A stretch of 63,714 nt of DNA, the filler included, from Thraustochytrium aureum (lineage: Eukaryota), in the NCBI GenBank assembly GCA_012862495.1. It is 5 parts of 3 records of this genome, joined end to end, with 100 filler letters (N's around TTAATTAATTAA, not from the genome) between each part and the next. Parts side by side here need not be neighbours in the genome. Positions count along the whole stretch, not along the records: positions 46,970 to 60,636 come from BLSG01000086.1; 4 more parts are not named here. One strand, 5' to 3'. Each line of letters starts with the position of its first letter. Position 1 is the first letter of the stretch. The position numbers were made by a program, and so were the translations under genes. Positions 48,127-60,736 of the stretch are shown here, in pieces. Below the pieces are notes generated by a model, which saw nothing but the letters and a program-made list of their open reading frames with translations, did not search any database and was not told where the DNA came from.

Positions 48127-49324
48127 NNNNNNNNNNNNNNNNNNNNNNNNNNNNNNNNNNNNNNNNNNNNNNNNNNNNNNNNNNNNNNNNNNNNNNNNNN
48201 NNNNNNNNNNNNNNNNNNNNNNNNNNNNNNNNNNNNNNNNNNNNNNNNNNNNNNNNNNNNNNNNNNNNNNNNNNNNNNNNNNNNNNNNNNNNNNNNNNNN
48301 NNNNNNNNNNNNNNNNNNNNNNNNNNNNNNNNNNNNNNNNNNNNNNNNNNNNNNNNNNNNNNNNNNNNNNNNNNNNNNNNNNNNNNNNNNNNNNNNNNNN
48401 NNNNNNNNNNNNNNNNNNNNNNNNNNNNNNNNNNNNNNNNNNNNNNNNNNNNNNNNNNNNNNNNNNNNNNNNNNNNNNNNNNNNNNNNNNNNNNNNNNNN
48501 NNNNNNNNNNNNNNNNNNNNNNNNNNNNNNNNNNNNNNNNNNNNNNNNNNNNNNNNNNNNNNNNNNNNNNNNNNNNNNNNCTCGCAACGCCCGCGCGAAC
48601 TGCAGGTTGCGTGTCTGCAGTGCCGCCGGCGCCTCTCTCGCTGCGCGTTCTGCCCCTCTGCGGCTCGTGCAGCGCGCACTGTCTTCCTTGCTCGTCTGTA
48701 GACTACCTACGGACGTTTACCAGCTCCATCTCACTCAGCTACTCTACCTCCCTACTCACCTACTTACTAGTGCATGCACGCCTTCCTTCCTTCCTTCTTG
48801 CTGGGCGCCGCCTCCCTGCTGCTGGGCCTTCGAGAGCGCTCTCCGCTAGGCTGGCGCCAGGGAGGGAGGGAGGGAGGGAGGGAGAAAGTAGGATGGCGCG
48901 CCGCGGCTCTGCTCAGGCTGTCTGCTGACTCGGTTCGGAACGGATGCTGCCACTGGCAGGCTCGGCGGGAGGTCTTGAAGACTCGCTCCTCTGCGCTGCG
49001 CTACTTCCTTGACCGTGACCGAGAAAGAAAAAAAGTTGATTTGCAAGTGCTCGGTCTGGAGGGAACAGCTCGGTGAGAATCCGAGGGCGCTCGTGAGGTG
49101 GCCTCGCCGCTGGCGGAAGCGCTGGCGGGAGCCGCTGGCCCAGTGGAAGCCGCTGGCGAAAGGAAAGGAGGGACGCTGCTCGCGCTGCTCGCTCGCTGGT
49201 GACCCGGCGAGGAACGAGTCAGGAAATGGCCATCGACGTGCCGCTCCTCTGGACCATCTCGAGGCCGTGCGAAGATGGATTCATCTGTTACGATCGTAGA
49301 CTGAAATGCAATGTTGGCAAGCTG

Positions 49325-50457
49325 TCAAGCCGCTGCGGCCGGTGACGATGGCCGACGGAGCTTGAATGTCCCGAAAACGACGTCCAAGATCGGCGTGATG
49401 CCAAAGTTGAAGTGCCGCGCGTTGTGGTGCGTCTCGTGGCACTGAATTGTTGCCGCGTCAACGTCCACGATCGAGTTGTACAGGATGCTCAGCGGCGGGA
49501 CTGCCGTGACGAGCGGGAGAGGCTTGCCGAGGTGCGTCCCGGACTCGTGCCACGCGGCATAGGTGAGGAAGACGTGCATTTCGAAACGGGAGAGCTTGAC
49601 GCCGAGAACCCCCCGCAGCACTGCAAAGGCTGCTCTCGCGCGGCAGGCAGGCAGGCAGGCAGGCAGGCGGTCAGCGCGGCGAGGGTTTTCGGCGCGAGCG
49701 AGACAAGCGCGGGCAACTTACCGGCGAAGACGGGCAACGCAGACTCAATGAACAGGTCCGGCGCGCTAAAGTGCATGTTGGTCGCGAGCGAGGTAAAGTA
49801 GTGCTCGTGGTGCCGCCGATGCACGTTGTTGTAAAGCCAGGGGACCTTGTGCAGGGTGCGGTGGCCTGCGTAGAACACGGCGTCCACGACCACCCGAAAC
49901 ACGAAGAAATTGCGCAAAAACTGCACAGGCCGAAACTCGGTCGTCGACAGCTCCTTGTGGGTCCACTCGGGCTGGTACGACTCGATTAGGCCGAGCAGCA
50001 GGCCGCCGCCAAAGATCTGGAGGACGCCGTTCCCGCGCAGCCAGTCCTTGTACGCGGCGAGGCTTAGCGGCGAGTGGTCGGGCCGCCCCTTGTTGGCGCG
50101 GAACGGCGCCACATGGCCGAACAGGTAAGTGGAGAGCAGGTGCAGCAAGATCACCGAGCCTTGCTCTGCAATCAAGTTGCTCGCCATGCAAAGGGCGATG
50201 TTGCGCAGCACTTTGCGAAGCTTGGCGAGCTTGGACTCCTCGTCGCCTGTGACGCGCTGCGGTTCTGGCAAAAAGGAGCGGACCCAGCACAACAGCCACA
50301 CGCCACCGTTCTCGAGGAGCCACCCGACGAGGCGCGACGGGTCCGAGATCCCCAGCATGGCGAGCACAGGGAAGGCGACCTTGGCATGGCTGCTAAACAG
50401 CCCCTGCTTGAGGAGCTGCTGCACGAGGGCCGCCTGGCCGACCTGTTGCGACTTCAT
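49325..50457 (-). CDS. Fatty acid hydroxylase/sterol desaturase family protein; intron 49621-49721
   Basis: His boxes HRTLH, HRRHH, HETHH plus FNFG...LDVVFGT. GTAAGT...TTTGCAG intron contains a (CCTG)n tract. Confidence 0.9.
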
Positions 50458-51054
50458 CTTCCTGGTCCCGTCCTGCTGCCCTCGCTAACCGCGCGCGCGC
50501 AGAGGGGCGCGCGTGGAGCCGCACTGTTGCGAGCGCCTGGCCGGTGCTTGCTTACTTGGGCCGGCGAGCGTCTTGAGCGCGTTGCGTTTTTTCCTTGCGA
50601 CCGCCGAGTTCCCTTGGCAGGGGCCGGTGAAACCAGAACCGCGACGCACGCTGATCAGCGGCTGCGCCCCAGGCGCCGCGCTTTTCGATGGGCGGCCTTT
50701 CCCTGCCCTTGCTGCGCTCGCGTTGCTTTTTCTTGGTGATGTTTGTCTGCTGACCCGGCGCCTCCAAAGGAAAGGGAAAAGCCCAAGTCCTATCGTTTCA
50801 AAATGGCGCCAGCAAGGTGCCCCCGGCGAGACCGTCGCTGTCGTTGGAAGGAACTGCTTGCTTGCCGATCAGCCAGCGCGCACCCCGGCCGGCCGAGCGA
50901 CTTGCAGGCACGAGCCCTGCGCATGAATAATGAAACTGCGTTGGAGTTATTGGAGGCGGGAGGACCCAGCTACTAGTAGCTCGAAGGGGAGTGCTGTGCG
51001 CTCGGCTGCCGGCTCGGCTGCCCGACCGCTCCGCGCGGACACTGCCCGGCCCGG

Positions 51055-52659
51055 TCATGCAGAGCGCTTCGCCTTCTTGTTGGCTGGCTCACTAGCAGCG
51101 GCTGCGCGCCAGCCGAGGAGGTGCGAGGGCCGGGCCAAGGCCTCTGCGCGGTGCGCCTCGGTGGGGGAAAACGTCTCGGGCATGTTCTGCCAGCAGTCTT
51201 GGTAGGTCAGCTCGCGGCCCGGCGCCTCCAGCGCGGCGCGCGACACCCCAAGCATATAGCTCGTCTCAAACATGAACGCGAGCCCCTTGTCGAAAAACTC
51301 GGGCTTGCTCGTGTCCACCTGAGCCGGGTCGGAAAACCGCTTGAACGTGTCGGCGTCAGGCCCGTGAGGCGTCATCGTGTTGTGAAGGGAGCTCCCGCCA
51401 GGCACAAACCCGCCCTTCTTGGCGTCGTACTCCCCGTTGATCAGGCCCATGTACTCGCACATCGTGTTGCGGTGGAACTGTGGCGATTCGATTCACGAGC
51501 GGCGCGTCAGCCTGGGCAGACCCGCACAGTGTGCAAGCTGGGCCAGCGGCCCCGGCGCGCCCCGCCGAGGCCAACAGCGCGGGGCGCGACGCAATCAACA
51601 ACTTACCCAAGGGGGGCGGAAGCTATGCTCCATCGCCATCCAGCGCGGCGGGAAGATGACAAAGTCGGCCACCGCAATGCCCTGCTCCGCAGAGGGGCAG
51701 GTTAGCACTGTGTAGATGCTCGGGTCGGGGTGGTCGTACGTCACAGAGTTCATGCAGTTGAACTTGCGCAAGTCGTACTTGAACGGGACGTAGTTGCCGT
51801 TGTACGCCACCACGTTGAAGGGCGAAAACGACTGCTTCATCTCGAACATGCGCCCGCCAAACTTTGTGTAAATAACGTGCTCCTCCTTGATGTCCTCAAA
51901 GAACGCCACGGGCGTCTCAAAGTCCCAAGGGTTGGCAAGCCCGTTGCTCCCGATCGGCCCCAAGTCCGGCAGGATAAAGTGGCCCGAAAAGACCTCGAGC
52001 ATGTACCCGCGCGCCCCGCTCACGCCATCCGCGAGGTCGACCGTAAAGCGCACGCCGCGTGGGACGACGCAGATCTCGCTCGGCTCGACACGCATGATGC
52101 CCATCTCGGTCTTGACCACCAGGGTCCCTGACTGAGGCACGACCAGCAGGTCGCCGTCCGCGTTGGTGAGGACGCGCTTGCCCATGTCAACATTGCAAAC
52201 GTACGTGTGCACGGCCAGCCCGCTCTTCATCGTGGGCTCGCCAGCTTGGGCCACCGTCGTGATGCCCTCCATAAAGGCAACCTCCTTGTCCGCCTTGGCC
52301 GGGATCTCGGTCGGCTGCCACCGCATTTGGTTCGGATCGACCTCAAAAGACCGCGCCGCCTCGCCCTTGGCCACTCCGAGGCCGCCGACTGCCGAGGCCT
52401 CCATGTGCGAGTGCTGCACCGAGGGATGGATCCGGTACAGCCACGTTCGCAAGTTGTGCGCGCGTGGCACGGTGAACGCGGTTCCCGATAGTTGCTCTGC
52501 GTAGAGTCCATACGGGCACTGCTGCGGGTTGTTCTGTCCGTCAGGCAGGGCGCCTTCGAGGGCCTCGCTGCGAAAGTTGTTTCCAAACCCGCGCATGTAC
52601 TCGAGTTTCACATCCTCCTTCTTTGCGCTTTCCTTCTTCGCAGCCGCTTTCTTCGCCAT
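51055..52659 (-). CDS. HGD: Homogentisate 1,2-dioxygenase; intron 51478-51606
   Basis: GLYAEQLSGTAFT; WLYRIHPSV; LPDLGPIGSNGLAN; DHPDPSIYTVLT; RPPW|FHRNTMCEYMGLI; SLHNTMTPHGPD; AFMFET. Confidence 0.98.
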
Positions 52660-53589
52660 TGCGCCAACCCAGCGCCTCTCCGGCTCCCCGCGCAGCAGCG
52701 TCCTCCCCGCCCGCTTATCTTCCTCGCTGCACTTGGCTGGCCCACGCTGCAGCAGTTCGGTGACTGCTCTGCACTTCGCCTCCGCTCTGTGTCACTCTTT
52801 CGCGGTCCCAGACCCGTCGTTCACCTGGACGCAACGAGGGACGTCCGAGGACTCGCATGCGTGTCTGCGTGTCGTGGGAAGATCCACGCCTCGAAACTAT
52901 CATCGATCGCGAGCGCCACAAAACCCGCCGCGGAATGGTTCCAACCCGGCAGCGAGCAACAGGCGCGCAAAGCGGCCGCGCCGCATCTGCTTCGAGCGGG
53001 GTCGCGCGCGGCGCCAGGTCGGCGGGCCATGCCGGCCATGTCAGTGATCCAAGCGAGACGGCGGCCGACTCGCAAGCCGTCCTCGATCCATCATCATGAT
53101 CANNNNNNNNNNNNNNNNNNNNNNNNNNNNNNNNNNNNNNNNNNNNNNNNNNNNNNNNNNNNNNNNNNNNNNNNNNNNNNNNNNNNNNNNNNNNNNNNNN
53201 NNNNNNNNNNNNNNNNNNNNNNNNNNNNNNNNNNNNNNNNNNNNNNNNNNNNNNNNNNNNNNNNNNNNNNNNNNNNNNNNNNNNNNNNNNNNNNNNNNNN
53301 NNNNNNNNNNNNNNNNNNNNNNNNNNNNNNNNNNNNNNNNNNNNNNNNNNNNNNNNNNNNNNNNNNNNNNNNNNNNNNNNNNNNNNNNNNNNNNNNNNNN
53401 NNNNNNNNNNNNNNNNNNNNNNNNNNNNNNNNNNNNNNNNNNNNNNNNNNNNNNNNNNNNNNNNNNNNNNNNNNNNNNNNNNNNNNNNNNNNNNNNNNNN
53501 NNNNNNNNNNNNNNNNNNNNNNNNNNNNNNNNNNNNNNNNNNNNNNNNNNNNNNNNNNNNNNNNNNNNNNNNNNNNNNNNNNNNNNNNN

Positions 53590-54538
53590 CCTTGAACGCG
53601 TGAGCCAACGCCTCTTGCTCGAGCGCCAAGACCTCGAAGCGAAAATTGCAGAGACACGGCGCGAGTTTGGGAAACTGGCCCGCCGGAAGATCGTCCTGGA
53701 AGACGAGTGGAAGAAGCTGCACCTGGACCGCGCCAACCTGGAAGAAGACAAGAAGCGGTTCCAAGCCTCGCGCCGCTCGCCGTGGTTCCAGAGCAACCTG
53801 CTCCCCACGAGCGACCTGCGCCGCGTGCGGATCAACGTTGGCGGCCAGCTCTTCGAGACTTGCGAGAAGGTGCTCAAGCGCGACCCTGGCTCCCTCCTGG
53901 CAGCCCTCGTTCAAGCTGACAGCCCACTCAAGCCAGACGACAATGGTTGCTACGTGATTGACAGAGACTGGTTTCTCTTTCGGCACGTGCTGGCGTTCTT
54001 GCGGGACGGCGCGCTCCCGCAGTTTGGCGCCGACCACGGCGGCGACCACCTCGTCGCCAACCTGTACAAAGAAGCAGAGTTTTACAACCTCGAGTCCCTG
54101 CGGTGCGCCATCCGCGAATACCTGGATCCGTACCAAATTGTGGAAAAGTCTGCCGCCGTGCCGCTCTCGCGGCTCCATAAGCTCGAAGCAAAGGTGTTGC
54201 AATCAATAAGGGGAAGCCTGGACCACCTCAAAGGCGACATGCGCGCTGGGGAGCGCGCTGCTGACGATGCGCTGGACTATTTGCCGCCTGAAAAGGCAAA
54301 GCCGAACAAGGACTCCAGCGCCGCCAAAGATGGCTCGCTCAACGTCGACTGGTGGACCAAAGGCCGCTACAACGGCCGTGACTACTCGATGCAGCCTCCA
54401 GCCTTTGGTGCTGATGGCAAGCCTTGGAAACGCAAGGGAAACGCTCTCGAGCATGCAAAGGCCAAGGCCGACAGCACGACCCCTTTTACGACACGGGCAA
54501 CCTGGTTTCGCGAACTCGAGAACAGCCTTGTTGAGTGA
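53590..54538 (+). CDS. Coiled-coil plus BTB/POZ (KCTD/T1-type) protein, 5' partial
   Basis: RVRINVGGQLFET...PGSLLA...IDRDWFLFRHVLAFLRDG...LYKEAEFYNL. Confidence 0.9.
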
Positions 54539-55388
54539 GCGGGTCGAGCGCGACGCCTTGGTCGATTTGCAAGTATATCTTTCTCCAAAGGCTGGTAGAA
54601 GCAAGCAAAGCGGACCGAAGCTGCACAGTTGTGCAATACTCCTCTCTTGGGCCGTGATGCCGCGCAAGCGCTCCCTCTCCCTTGCTAAATTGCTCTCGAG
54701 TGCAGCACAGTTCGGTCAGGCGTTGTGGGGGACGAACCTTTCATCGCACTGCAGAAAGCGCGTGGCGCTGCCAACGCGGCATGAAGTGGGGCAAGGCCAG
54801 ACCGCTCTGACGACCGCGTCACGCCCAGAGCAAGCAGACCCAGCTCTCCCTCGTCCCCGTGAGAGCCACCAAAGGACGCCGCTCGCCTGAGGAAACCGGG
54901 GGAATCGGACGCTGCTCACCAGAGCGGTCGAATGCCTCCTGTACGAAACAGCCCAACCCAAGCCCAACCCATGCACGAATGACTCAGGCCGCCAGGTGCG
55001 AACGTGTGAGAAGAAAGGAAACCCTCACCAAAGCCCTCTAGCTAGCTAGTTGTCGGGTTGGTCGAGCGTCTTCAGTTTGAGCGAGCATCAGCAGGGGAAA
55101 GAGGCCCCCAACACGAAACAGCGGCGAACGCTGCCAACAAGCGGGCGACGAGCGCGCCACGGGCGCAGTGCTTCGCGCGCTGGAGCGCGGCTTCAAGACT
55201 GTTTTTCGAGCCTCGACAGCGCCAATAGCTAAGATCAAGCACCCGGCCCGCGCGTCGAGGGCTGCTGGCACTGTCGTGTCGGCATCGAGGCCTGCCCGAG
55301 CAAGCGCTGCAACAGACGATGGAACCCCAGGCCACCGCGCCCCACTTTGCTCCTGTCACTACCCACAATGCTCATTTTTTTATTCATT

Positions 55389-56673
55389 TCAAAAGCCAGT
55401 GTCGGCCCACGGCACTCGACTGATCCACGCGTCCTTCCAGGTCCCGATGTACAGGTAATCCCCAATGCGCTCAGCTTCTGACACGTAGCCAAAGCGTCCC
55501 GTCGGGTCTTGCACCGAAGCGACGATACCCGGGGACGGCCCAGCTCGACCTTGAGCACCATGCTGTGCACCGGGACGAAGCGAAGCAACGCGTACTGGTT
55601 GTATGCCAGCGCCGCAACCAGAAGCACCCGCAGCCACGGAAACGGAGCCAAAGCGTCCGTAAGCGAAAACGGCTGCGCGCGGCGCCCCCCGCACGAAACC
55701 AGGTACGTTTTGCCGTCCTCTGGGTGCCGGCGAATGTTGTCGGGAATACAGGGCAAGTTGTCCAAGACGATGCCTCGGTATTTTCCGAGCGCGCGGTCGT
55801 AGGCGTGCACGGCCGGGCCAGAAACGAACAGCACGGACCTTTTGCTGTGCGACAGCGTCACGCCGTTCGTGAGCAACACGCCATCTACCAGGACGTGGGC
55901 GCCACGGTGGGGCTCGCTGCTGTTCAGCATCATCAAGCGGCCGGTCCTGCGGGTCGCGAGTATCTCCAAAACGATCCGGTTCCTGCCCCAGCGCGGACTG
56001 CTCTCTGAAAAGAACACCAAGTCCCCGTCCACGTCGAGGTCGTTGGCAAGTTTTGCGCCGTCATACAGGACGCGCACGGTCCGCGTGGCCAAGTTGACGG
56101 CAAGTACCCCCTTGTACGCGTCGAGAACCCAAAGCGTACGATTCAATCCCATTCGCAGTCCCAGCGGACGACCGCACTGCGGCTCCAGCGCAGGGTCGTA
56201 GGCCTCGTACAGGAACACCTGCTCCAGGTCTGCGCACGACTTGTTGAGCCAGAGGAAGGTCTCAAGGGTCTGCTCTGGGCTGTCCGGCTTGAAGCGGACC
56301 AGGCGTCCGTCCATCGTGCCGGTGTACACCCAGCCGCCCTCGGCGTCGTACGCGAGGCTCTCTGGACCGAGAACGCGGCCTTCCAAGATGCGCTCGCCTT
56401 TGTCGAGGAGGACCTGTTGGCTTCTATCGTGGGAAGCGGGTGTGGTGGCGTCCTGGCCCGGCGCCGCGGTCAGCTTTCCGGTGCGCTCAAGCACGACACA
56501 CGAGTGACCCGGCGCGCCTCGACAGGCGGTCGTACGCCAGACTCCCCTTCATCCACCAGCGAATAAACTCACCAAGCCTGCGCTCCAATCGGGTCCCACC
56601 TCGCAGCAATCGCCGCCGCCGCTGCAGCAGCAGCAGCTGCAACGACCGCGAGCCGGGTATCCCAGCGTGTCAT
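55389..56673 (-). CDS. Strictosidine synthase-like / APMAP family protein; candidate intron 56453-56572, frameshifts
   Basis: GPESLA; YTGTMDGR; CGRPLGLR; DAYKGVL; ANDLDV; TGRLM; NGVTLS; NLPCIPDNIR; SVQDPTG...VSEAERIGDYLYIGT. Upstream exon MTRWDTRLAVVAAAA ends at a GTGAGT donor. Confidence 0.88.
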
Positions 56674-57041
56674 GTTTCTTTAGAAAGCCCACCACCACCA
56701 CCCCGACGTGGACCAGGTAGATCGCCCGTTTCCCGCGAGCAACGCGACCGCGCTGCCTTGGGCGCAGAGCCGCTCGCGCGTGCTTCCGCGCCAGGCAGAC
56801 ACTGCAGCTCCGTCTGTGCCGGGCCTTGTTCTCGGCGCGCTGGGCGGCCTTCCTGGGGACGAGGTACTGCGGACTGGCCTCGTTTTTGCAGCAGTTTGCA
56901 GCAGAGTCTGTTGCCTGTTGTGTTGCGGTCGCCCTTGCCCGCCTGCTCTCGGCTGGGCGCCAAGCTAGCGGGCTGCGCGCGAAGGGCAGGAAGGCCTGCT
57001 TCTGTGGCCAGCGGCCGGCGAGCGCGAGTGGCTTGGCACGA

Positions 57042-57079
<38 letters not shown>

Positions 57080-57082
57080 CTG
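57042..57082. repeat. (GCTG)n microsatellite
   Basis: About 9 tandem gctg units. Confidence 0.9.
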
Positions 57083-57247
57083 GCCGCGTCGCACCTCCGT
57101 TTCGCAGCCGTCTCCCGCGCGTGACGAGCGCCGCGCGAGCGCCGCCGGTCGACGCACGCGAGCCAGGAAGGTCCTGGGTCGCTGTTCGTGCCGAGGTTGG
57201 AGCGCCCGGCCAAGAAGCAGGTGGCGCAGCGAACTCGAGAATAGAGC

Positions 57248-58570
57248 ATGGCGCAGGACGCCGCACCGACGGCCCCGCGGGCTCGCCGCGAAGGGGCCCG
57301 CGCACCGGCACCCGAAAGCGACAGCTCTGACAGGCCATCGAGTCCAAGCGAGCCGCGCAAGAGGCGCGCCAGGGAGGCCGGGGCGAACAGTGCCAAGACA
57401 AGAGGCACAGAGAGCCCGCGCCGCACCAAGTTGTACAGCGCGCTCCGATTTCGCCCAGGCGCCTCGCCGCAAGCTGCTGGCCGGATGCACTTGTTCGATG
57501 CGCAAGCAGAGTCCGGACGGCTCTGGGGGCGCATGACTAACGAAGCCAAGCTCGGGGCGCTGCAGCTCACCGAGGGAGAGATTCTCCACGCCGTCGCAGC
57601 CTTGCCTGCAGGCTTCGCCCAAGCCCTCGCTGGCGCAACCCCAGATCCCAACAAGGTCAAAGCCGTGCAGACTGCAGTTCTGGCAGTCATGGAAGACGTC
57701 AAGGCTGCGTGGCAAACCAACGAGTTCGGGACTAGATCAGAAGACGCGCCCGCGGGTCGAAGGCCAGTCATGATCGCAATCGGCGGGGACGACCTGGGGG
57801 CGCTCGTGGCCGCTAGGCACCTCGGCGACAAGGTCGCCCTCGCCCTGGCCTACATGGCGAGCGTGGATCGCGTTGCGCTCTTCCTCGGCTACGTAGTGTG
57901 GATGCTCCCGCTGGCGTCCTGGATCGGCCTTGCGGACGAAGCCGCCGAAGCGGATGCCACTAGGACAGCCGCGGCAGGCGCCGCCGCTCCGAACGCAGCC
58001 TGCGTGGCCGCCCTTGCAGCCGCGTACAACGTTTTGGTTGTGCGGGCGGTACGACCGTCGCCTTTGCTCTTCGAGCGTGTCCTTCCAGTCGTACTGGGCT
58101 CTGACCCTGACGAGGTCGTTCTGCGGGCCGAGACGCTTTTGACCTCGGGAATGATTCTGCTGCTATCAGCGCCTGCGAGCCGGGGCCTCGAGGAGAGCGC
58201 CTTTGCCGCGTGGATGCCGCCGTGGTGGGGCTCTGTTGCCACGCTGCTGGTCGCTGCGCCGCCAGGTCTCTTGCTGGCACAGACATACACGACCTCGCTT
58301 TACGCGCTCGACCGCCTCGCGCTAGCCCGGCGGGCCTTGTACGTGGTCAATGTATCTCTTTTGATCGTGCTTGCATGGAGCAGCTCCTGGACCACGCTCG
58401 GATTCGTGTGCTACATGTTCGCTTCCGAGCTCTCCATTCTCGTCGTACAGCTCGCCCTTTCGATCGTCCTCGGGTGCGCCTGGTTTTGCTTTGACTATTT
58501 CCGCGGCGTTTCAACCCGGGGAGGGGGCCGAGGGCCATCCGAGCAAGCCACTACGCATCAACAGCAGTAG
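57248..58570 (+). CDS. Hypothetical multi-pass membrane protein
   Basis: 440-aa ATG-initiated ORF with several hydrophobic helices in the C-terminal half; no family recognised. Confidence 0.65.
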   Translation: MAQDAAPTAPRARREGARAPAPESDSSDRPSSPSEPRKRRAREAGANSAKTRGTESPRRTKLYSALRFRPGASPQAAGRMHLFDAQAESGRLWGRMTNEAKLGALQLTEGEILHAVAALPAGFAQALAGATPDPNKVKAVQTAVLAVMEDVKAAWQTNEFGTRSEDAPAGRRPVMIAIGGDDLGALVAARHLGDKVALALAYMASVDRVALFLGYVVWMLPLASWIGLADEAAEADATRTAAAGAAAPNAACVAALAAAYNVLVVRAVRPSPLLFERVLPVVLGSDPDEVVLRAETLLTSGMILLLSAPASRGLEESAFAAWMPPWWGSVATLLVAAPPGLLLAQTYTTSLYALDRLALARRALYVVNVSLLIVLAWSSSWTTLGFVCYMFASELSILVVQLALSIVLGCAWFCFDYFRGVSTRGGGRGPSEQATTHQQQ

Positions 58571-59548
58571 CAGGAGCTGGAGGGACATATTTCGCCCAGC
58601 CGCGCAGCGGCCTCGCGACGATGGCAAGACACAGCAGGCTCGCCGGACGGCCGGGGGAGGCCCGTGCTCCTGGGTCGACGTCGCTCGCGCGCCTTTGCGG
58701 CGCAGCGCCGTTCAACAGCGTGCCGTTCTGGCGACTCGCGTTGTCGTGGCAAAACGTAGNNNNNNNNNNNNNNNNNNNNNNNNNNNNNNNNNNNNNNNNN
58801 NNNNNNNNNNNNNNNNNNNNNNNNNNNNNNNNNNNNNNNNNNNNNNNNNNNNNNNNNNNNNNNNNNNNNNNNNNNNNNNNNNNNNNNNNNNNNNNNNNNN
58901 NNNNNNNNNNNNNNNNNNNNNNNNNNNNNNNNNNNNNNNNNNNNNNNNNNNNNNNNNNNNNNNNNNNNNNNNNNNNNNNNNNNNNNNNNNNNNNNNNNNN
59001 NNNNNNNNNNNNNNNNNNNNNNNNNNNNNNNNNNNNNNNNNNNNNNNNNNNNNNNNNNNNNNNNNNNNNNNNNNNNNNNNNNNNNNNNNNNNNNNNNNNN
59101 NNNNNNNNNNNNNNNNNNNNNNNNNNNNNNNNNNNNNNNNNNNNNNNNNNNNNNNNNNNNNNNNNNNNNNNNNNNNNNNNNNNNNNNNNNNNNNNNNNNN
59201 NNNNNNNNNNNNNNNNNNNNNNNNNNNNNNNNNNNNNNNNNNNNNNNNNNNNNNNNNNNNNNNNNNNNNNNNNNNNNNNNNNNNNNNNNNNNNNNNNNNN
59301 NNNNNNNNNNNNNNNNNNNNNNNNNNNNNNNNNNNNNNNNNNNNNNNNNNNNNNNNNNNNNNNNNNNNNNNNNNNNNNNNNNNNNNNNNNNNNNNNNNNN
59401 NNNNNNNNNNNNNNNNNNNNNNNNNNNNNNNNNNNNNNNNNNNNNNNNNNNNNNNNNNNNNNNNNNNNNNNNNNNNNNNNNNNNNNNNNNNNNNNNNCAT
59501 TCCAGCCCGCGTTGGTGGTATCAAGTGCGCTCAGGCCGGCCAACTCAC

Positions 59549-60110
59549 CTCCAAGGCCCTTGTAGAAAGCACCAAAGCCCTCGACCCTGTAAATCTTCCG
59601 AAACGCGTCTATTGTCCCCGAGTACTCGGGGTTCCGCGAGATGTGGTCTTGCACCTGCAGCCTCGTTCGCACGACCCAGAAGGGGTTTGTAAATACGTTG
59701 GTTATCGAGCCCGCCAGAACGGCGCTGGCAACCGTGCAGGGCATTGCATTAGCCTTGCCATAAATCCCGATCAGCTCATCCTTGAACATGCCGTAAAATG
59801 TAAAGTACACGCTCCAACTTGGAACGTAGCCCAGCACGGTGGGCGGCAACCCCCGAAACAGGCCGGCCAGCCCCTCTCCGCGGTAAATCATCCGTAGCGA
59901 TTCGAGCGTCCCCCCATATCGAGTGGCGCCTTTGTGCAGGGACTGAACCTGTTTGCGCGCCTTGACCACATCCAAGGGCGCCACGAACAAGGCGCATGCG
60001 ATCCCGCTCACCGCCCCAGCGAACGCCGAGTTGACTTGCTCGCTCCGCTCCACCCCCAAGAAGCTCGGTCGCGACCGCTTGCGCGTGCTCGCGCGCCGTG
60101 CGTGGTACAT
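59549..60110 (-). CDS. Mitochondrial carrier (NAD+/folate, NDT1/SLC25A32-like), first exon; remainder in a gap
   Basis: APLDVVKARKQ; IYRGEGLAGLFRGLPPTVLGYVPSWSVYF; TNPFWVVRTRLQ; EGFGAFYKGL followed by a GTGAGT donor. Confidence 0.9.
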
Positions 60111-60342
60111 GGTCGTGTGGATATCATGAGTCCTCTCGCTATTATCGCGCGTCGGCGGCTTGGCCGACATCCACGCCAGCCGTCCTCCGCGCCGTCCAAC
60201 CGCCTCGATCGCACTTGCTTGCCAACGTCAGCTCCGCCAAGGTGCCGTCGCGCCAGACAACCAACAGACGACCAAACGGCGAGGCCGGCTGCGGATCCGT
60301 GCCGCCAGCGCGCGAAGCGCCGACCAGGCCTCGCGCACGCAG

Positions 60343-60396
60343 GCACACGCACGCACGCAGTCGCACGAACGCACGCACGCACGCACGCACGCACGC
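60343..60396. repeat. (GCAC)n microsatellite
   Basis: gcacgcacgcac arrays upstream of the carrier gene. Confidence 0.8.
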
Positions 60397-60680
60397 GCCA
60401 CGCCGCAGCCAGCCAGGCCCACGAGCCTGCTGCCTGCGGACCTTGGTCCACGAGCGCGTATGGTAGGCCTATGGTGTCTACGAGTATTTATCGTTTGGTT
60501 TTGAGCTAGACACTCCTTCCTCGATTTATCCTCTTCCTAGGAATCGATAGTAGTCGATTTATCCTCTGTGAAAGCGCTAGACATCTTTTTGAGTTCGTGG
60601 ATGTTGGCCGAGCCCTTTTCAGGACCCCGATAAGGCNNNNNNNNNNNNNNNNNNNNNNNNNNNNNNNNNNNNNNNNNNNN

Positions 60681-60692
60681 TTAATTAATTAA
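60681..60692. other. Artificial scaffold linker
   Basis: N-TTAATTAATTAA-N. Confidence 0.97.
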
Positions 60693-60736
60693 NNNNNNNN
60701 NNNNNNNNNNNNNNNNNNNNNNNNNNNNNNNNNNNN

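Noticed and set aside
50968..50981. Perfect 14-bp palindrome agctactagtagct downstream of HGD
   Set aside because: Isolated, with no supporting context for a function.
6760..55545. Many frameshifts (GH-like, HRD1, NOM1, LRR, Tudor, NLR, APMAP) as programmed frameshifting or mass pseudogenisation
   Set aside because: They also hit conserved housekeeping genes, at least one lies in a homopolymer (13415-13420), and no common slippery motif is visible. Draft-assembly indel errors are more likely; read mapping would decide.
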